DNA of 63,786 nt, the filler included, from Basidiobolus ranarum (taxonomy: Eukaryota), in the NCBI GenBank assembly GCA_040143965.1. It is 18 parts of 18 records of this genome, joined end to end, with 100 filler letters (N's around TTAATTAATTAA, not from the genome) between each part and the next. Parts side by side here need not be neighbours in the genome. Positions count along the whole stretch, not along the records: positions 56,812 to 60,249 come from JASJQH010002490.1; positions 60,350 to 63,786 come from JASJQH010002491.1; 16 more parts are not named here. One strand, 5' to 3'. This document shows positions 60,248-63,786 of this stretch, in pieces (within the stretch, counting starts at the first letter, position 1; every line of letters begins with the position of its first letter). The notes beneath the pieces were generated by a model, which was not told the origin of the DNA, ran no database searches, and worked only from the letters and a program-made list of their open reading frames with translations. The translations under genes and the position numbers were made by a program.

Positions 60248-63200
60248 TTNNNNNNNNNNNNNNNNNNNNNNNNNNNNNNNNNNNNNNNNNNNNTTAATTA
60301 ATTAANNNNNNNNNNNNNNNNNNNNNNNNNNNNNNNNNNNNNNNNNNNNACCACTGGATAATTGTGAGCAACAAGATATGTATCTATTGTATCAGAAATA
60401 ATCTTAGTCAGTAGCAGTCCAACAGAATGACATTAATTGATCATATCTTAGACGAGGATAACAAGCTCTTACCCAGATAAAACAGGTAATACTAGTTTCG
60501 AAGACTGCAGTTCTAACGAGCCACCAAGCGTGATATGTTTTTATTCCATATGTCTAGGATCCAACCAGGGAATGATGCCGGCAATCGAAGTAGTTGGCGA
60601 ATGATAAAGCTTTAGCGTGGCTCGGGAATAAATTCGAATGGATCTCCTCACAAGAGAGGACGGTGCTGAGGTAGATTACGTCATATGTTCGACGCATCTA
60701 ATAGAGAAGTTGCCTAAATATGTATCTACTTCCGGCCTATTACGCAAGATGCCCTCACTTGCGAGATATATGAGGTATCATTTACATGTAAACACTGACG
60801 GGTACCTGATGCTCTGGCCTCAGAAAGCTGAAAAGCAAACGTCCTCAACAGGCATCCTAGTCAGAAGCTCTGAATATCACCTTCTTCATTGTCACACGCA
60901 TGGATCACAATGTATGTTATTACTGGTCGACAGTAGGATCAGTTTCTTGAGGATAGCGTGGAGAACACGCGATGGTGTTCCTTTTTCAACCAACGATTAC
61001 CGAATTGAAAACTCAGATGTATCACATGGATATAATAGAGCTCAGGATTTGAATGCAAGACCTTGCTTGGAGCTCCGTCATAATGGATTCAGTTTTCAAT
61101 ATAATCTATGCTGAATATTCGTAAGTCACCCCAGGTCTAAATCGACATACCCTTCAATCAACTATTTAAGCTGGCGTTGGTTAGAAGTGGTGAGTGCCTG
61201 TTAGCCATTTACTTCTATCAGGAGTTGGTAATTGAATCTGCGACGTCCTACTATCTAACTTCGCAATGGTAGCACTGTGCGCTACAATATCATATCTGCA
61301 TCTTTAGAGGTTTTCAAGTACACTGCTACTTTCTTAACCGTTTAGGTTTATCAAATTGTCATATTGAAGTGAGTCAGCCTATCGCTGCCAGTTGCAGGAT
61401 CATTTAGTAGTCCATGTGGTTGTTGACCCCGATTGCATATGACACTAACAATTGGCGCTATTTGTAAGTATCATGAATTTCTGCAAAGTTCAACAAATGA
61501 TGGTATTCTTGTTTAATGTGATGAGTAGCATCTAGAGTCTGATCCAGAGATTGGTATATTCTAATCTATTTCGTAACGTTGACGAAAATGTGCTTAGACA
61601 TATTTTTAACATTTGGTTCGTCTTGTGACTATATATATGCTTGAGGATAAATCCACAATTCAACTTGGTCATTGGTAAATTTCTTCACATTTTCTCTTTT
61701 TTCAAATTACTGCGGGCAGGTCTCAGTTTAGAAAGTATAATTTCAACAGTATATTAGGTTATAGTAGTCAGTGGTAGAAATCCGCTTTTCTCATGAGATT
61801 GCTTTTGAGTGTCTATAAGAGTACAGAATATTATGAGTGTACATATAGTTAATATATGGAAACACAATGAGCTAAATACTTTGCTTTTTTCAACAACTGA
61901 AGTTCTCTAAACGAATATTAATGCAAGTTAAATAGTGCTTGCATAACTTAATATGTTGGTGCACAACTATGCACCTATAAGAATATTTTTACAAAGTCAT
62001 GTCAACATTGCCAATCAAGAATTCCATTCTATGCCTTGTTTGCACATGTTTCTTTCTGTTGGATTTGATTGTGCTGTATATAGTATTGGATTAAGTATTC
62101 TGAAGTTCTACACAGCTCTGATACCACCCTGCACTATCAGCCCTAATCAGTTTCAAGCAAGTGTACTTCATGAGTCAAGGTTCAATAACCCTGGTATGCT
62201 TGAATGTGACTGTAGCAAATTGACAGTTTCTAGTACAATACAAGGACAAACGGCTAAACATTGACTTTATATTTATAGATGTTCCACTTGTCTCTACTTA
62301 CACATCAAAGTAAGCCCTACGTAAAATATTTGTCAAATAAAATAGGATTATAGCATGTATTGAAGATATACCAGCACATTATTTTTATTCAAACATCCCT
62401 AAACTTTCTCCTTGGCATTTCACACATACTTGGAATAAGTATTCAGCTATTTTGATCTGTCAAATAAAGATTTATGTATTTCAATACAACAAAGTCAAAA
62501 TTTCAAATTCTATCTTCCAACTGATTTCAGATATGTGCAAAACTTTTATATATAGTAACCTTACAGAGAAAATATCATGCTCTTACCATGTTGAAAACAT
62601 CTTAGCAAAAATGTTTGTTGAACATCTTTTTGGAGTCTCAACATTGGCCCATCAAGAAAAGTAGTATAATTTGTCAACTTGAACATGTTCAGTCTCATCT
62701 TATACTAGTACAGAAAAAGTAAAACTTCGTCCTGATTCGATGTTGTTGCTTAGATTCCCAGGATAGCCAAGCCATGCGTGGATCATCTAGTGCACGAGCT
62801 AATACTGAAAGATCACGCCTGTTAGCTCAGGGTTCCATGTGCTCTACGTAAAGGGTTCCAATTCATTTATATATACTGTAATAATGTATTTCAGTTAGTA
62901 TATACGACTAGTTACTGATAATAGCATTTCGTTTATATCAATATACGTACTCGCTTCTATCTATTTCGAACGAAGTTGGACACACTATCTCACCTTATCG
63001 ATCATCATCTAATCATAAGGCATTTATGCTCATAGATTTAACCAGTAAGGTACTTACTTAGTCTTCTGTCATACTAGAGTATTTATACGAACTTCTATTT
63101 AGAAGAGCTATCAGAGGTAACCAGCAAGGTACTCACCCTCAAACTAGGATTTTATTGTATTGGGTTGTAGCACAAACTACAAGAATAGCCAATTACCACA

Positions 63201-63331
63201 TTGTGAAGTTCACCCCCAGTATAATTGGTGGGAAATAGGGGACTTGGGTGTAGATTTGGTACAGGATACTTGTATAAATATAGAGTATCAGGAGTGTATT
63301 CCTTGGTTCGATTCATACTAAAGCTTAAGTA

Positions 63332-63786
63332 ATGAAACCACAAAGCAACGATACTGATGCCGTGCAGGTCTCTCAAGTGTTTCTGGAGGAGGAAACTGAA
63401 TTTACATGGTAATGCTTATCTTCTTGTGGGAATGAGTTCCCATTCTCCTATATAAAAGTACGAATTTTAACCTTTGACAAAGGCGTGCAGCAATTATTGG
63501 TTCACTACTCGGGTGCATAGTGTCGGCTTCAAACCTTTATCTTGGCCTTAAAATCGGATGGACATTTGGTGCTTCTTTATTCGGTGCCATTTTTACTTTT
63601 GCTATTGTCAAACCGTTATCTCGAATACTGCCAAAGGTACTAGGAGGTGGCTATTTTGGACCTAAGGAAAATTGTACTGCCCAAACTGCCGCAAGTACAG
63701 CCGGTGGCTTTAACGTTGGATTTATAACTTGTATTCCGGCGCTTTATCGTTTGGGTGTAATGTCTAATGAGGTTATCGATGATATC
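63332..63786 (+). CDS. OPT-superfamily (YSL-like) oligopeptide transporter, N-terminus (3'-partial)
   Basis: EFTW/RAAIIGSLLG...SNLYLGLKIGWTFGASLFGAIF...FGPKENCTAQTAASTAGG. Intron 63409-63482. Missed by the ORF track. Confidence 0.9.

Noticed and set aside
3463-60349. Regularly spaced TTAATTAATTAA palindrome as a CRISPR-like or biological repeat
   Set aside because: Always centred in exactly 44+44 N. It is a synthetic six-frame stop linker.
60638-61114. 158-aa ORF as a gene
   Set aside because: No domain signal or homolog recognisable, and the composition looks non-coding.

Overview
This window is not one locus. It is 18 unrelated short contigs sorted by length (3462 down to 3437 bp), joined by artificial 100-nt spacers (44 N + TTAATTAATTAA + 44 N), so adjacency across spacers means nothing. 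The DNA is from an AT-rich fungus with short (about 50-90 nt) GT-AG introns, and the gene content suggests an early-diverging, Basidiobolus-like lineage (inference). Recognisable genes: YAK1-type kinase (3' part), a KASH-like tail-anchored coiled-coil protein, mitochondrial ClpP, a PH-like/tectonin-repeat protein, a 3xCBM18 chitin deacetylase, a membrane-bound RGS protein, a LURP-one-like protein, L-LDH, an HDHD2-type HAD hydrolase, a ZRC1/COT1 zinc transporter, a zinc metallopeptidase-jacalin fusion, a PDR/ABCG transporter, an NRPS-like adenylation enzyme, the DEAD-box helicase SPB4 and an OPT/YSL transporter. About a third of the window is CpG-depleted, decayed Ty1/copia sequence (two LTR families, one with a half-tRNA-iMet primer site). 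The most notable observations are: (1) two tandem 83-aa precursor genes combining a signal-peptide-like leader, a Kex2 KR site and a C-terminal CaaX octapeptide KDRGCCVM, a candidate hybrid pheromone or effector system; (2) head-to-tail 5'-truncated elements joined by TTAGGG repeats and ending in a conserved hairpin on two contigs, as expected of telomere-associated retroelements; (3) SPB4 bracketed by a perfect 111-bp inverted repeat with outward-facing TATA motifs; (4) a tRNA-like sequence inside an LTR-like insertion.
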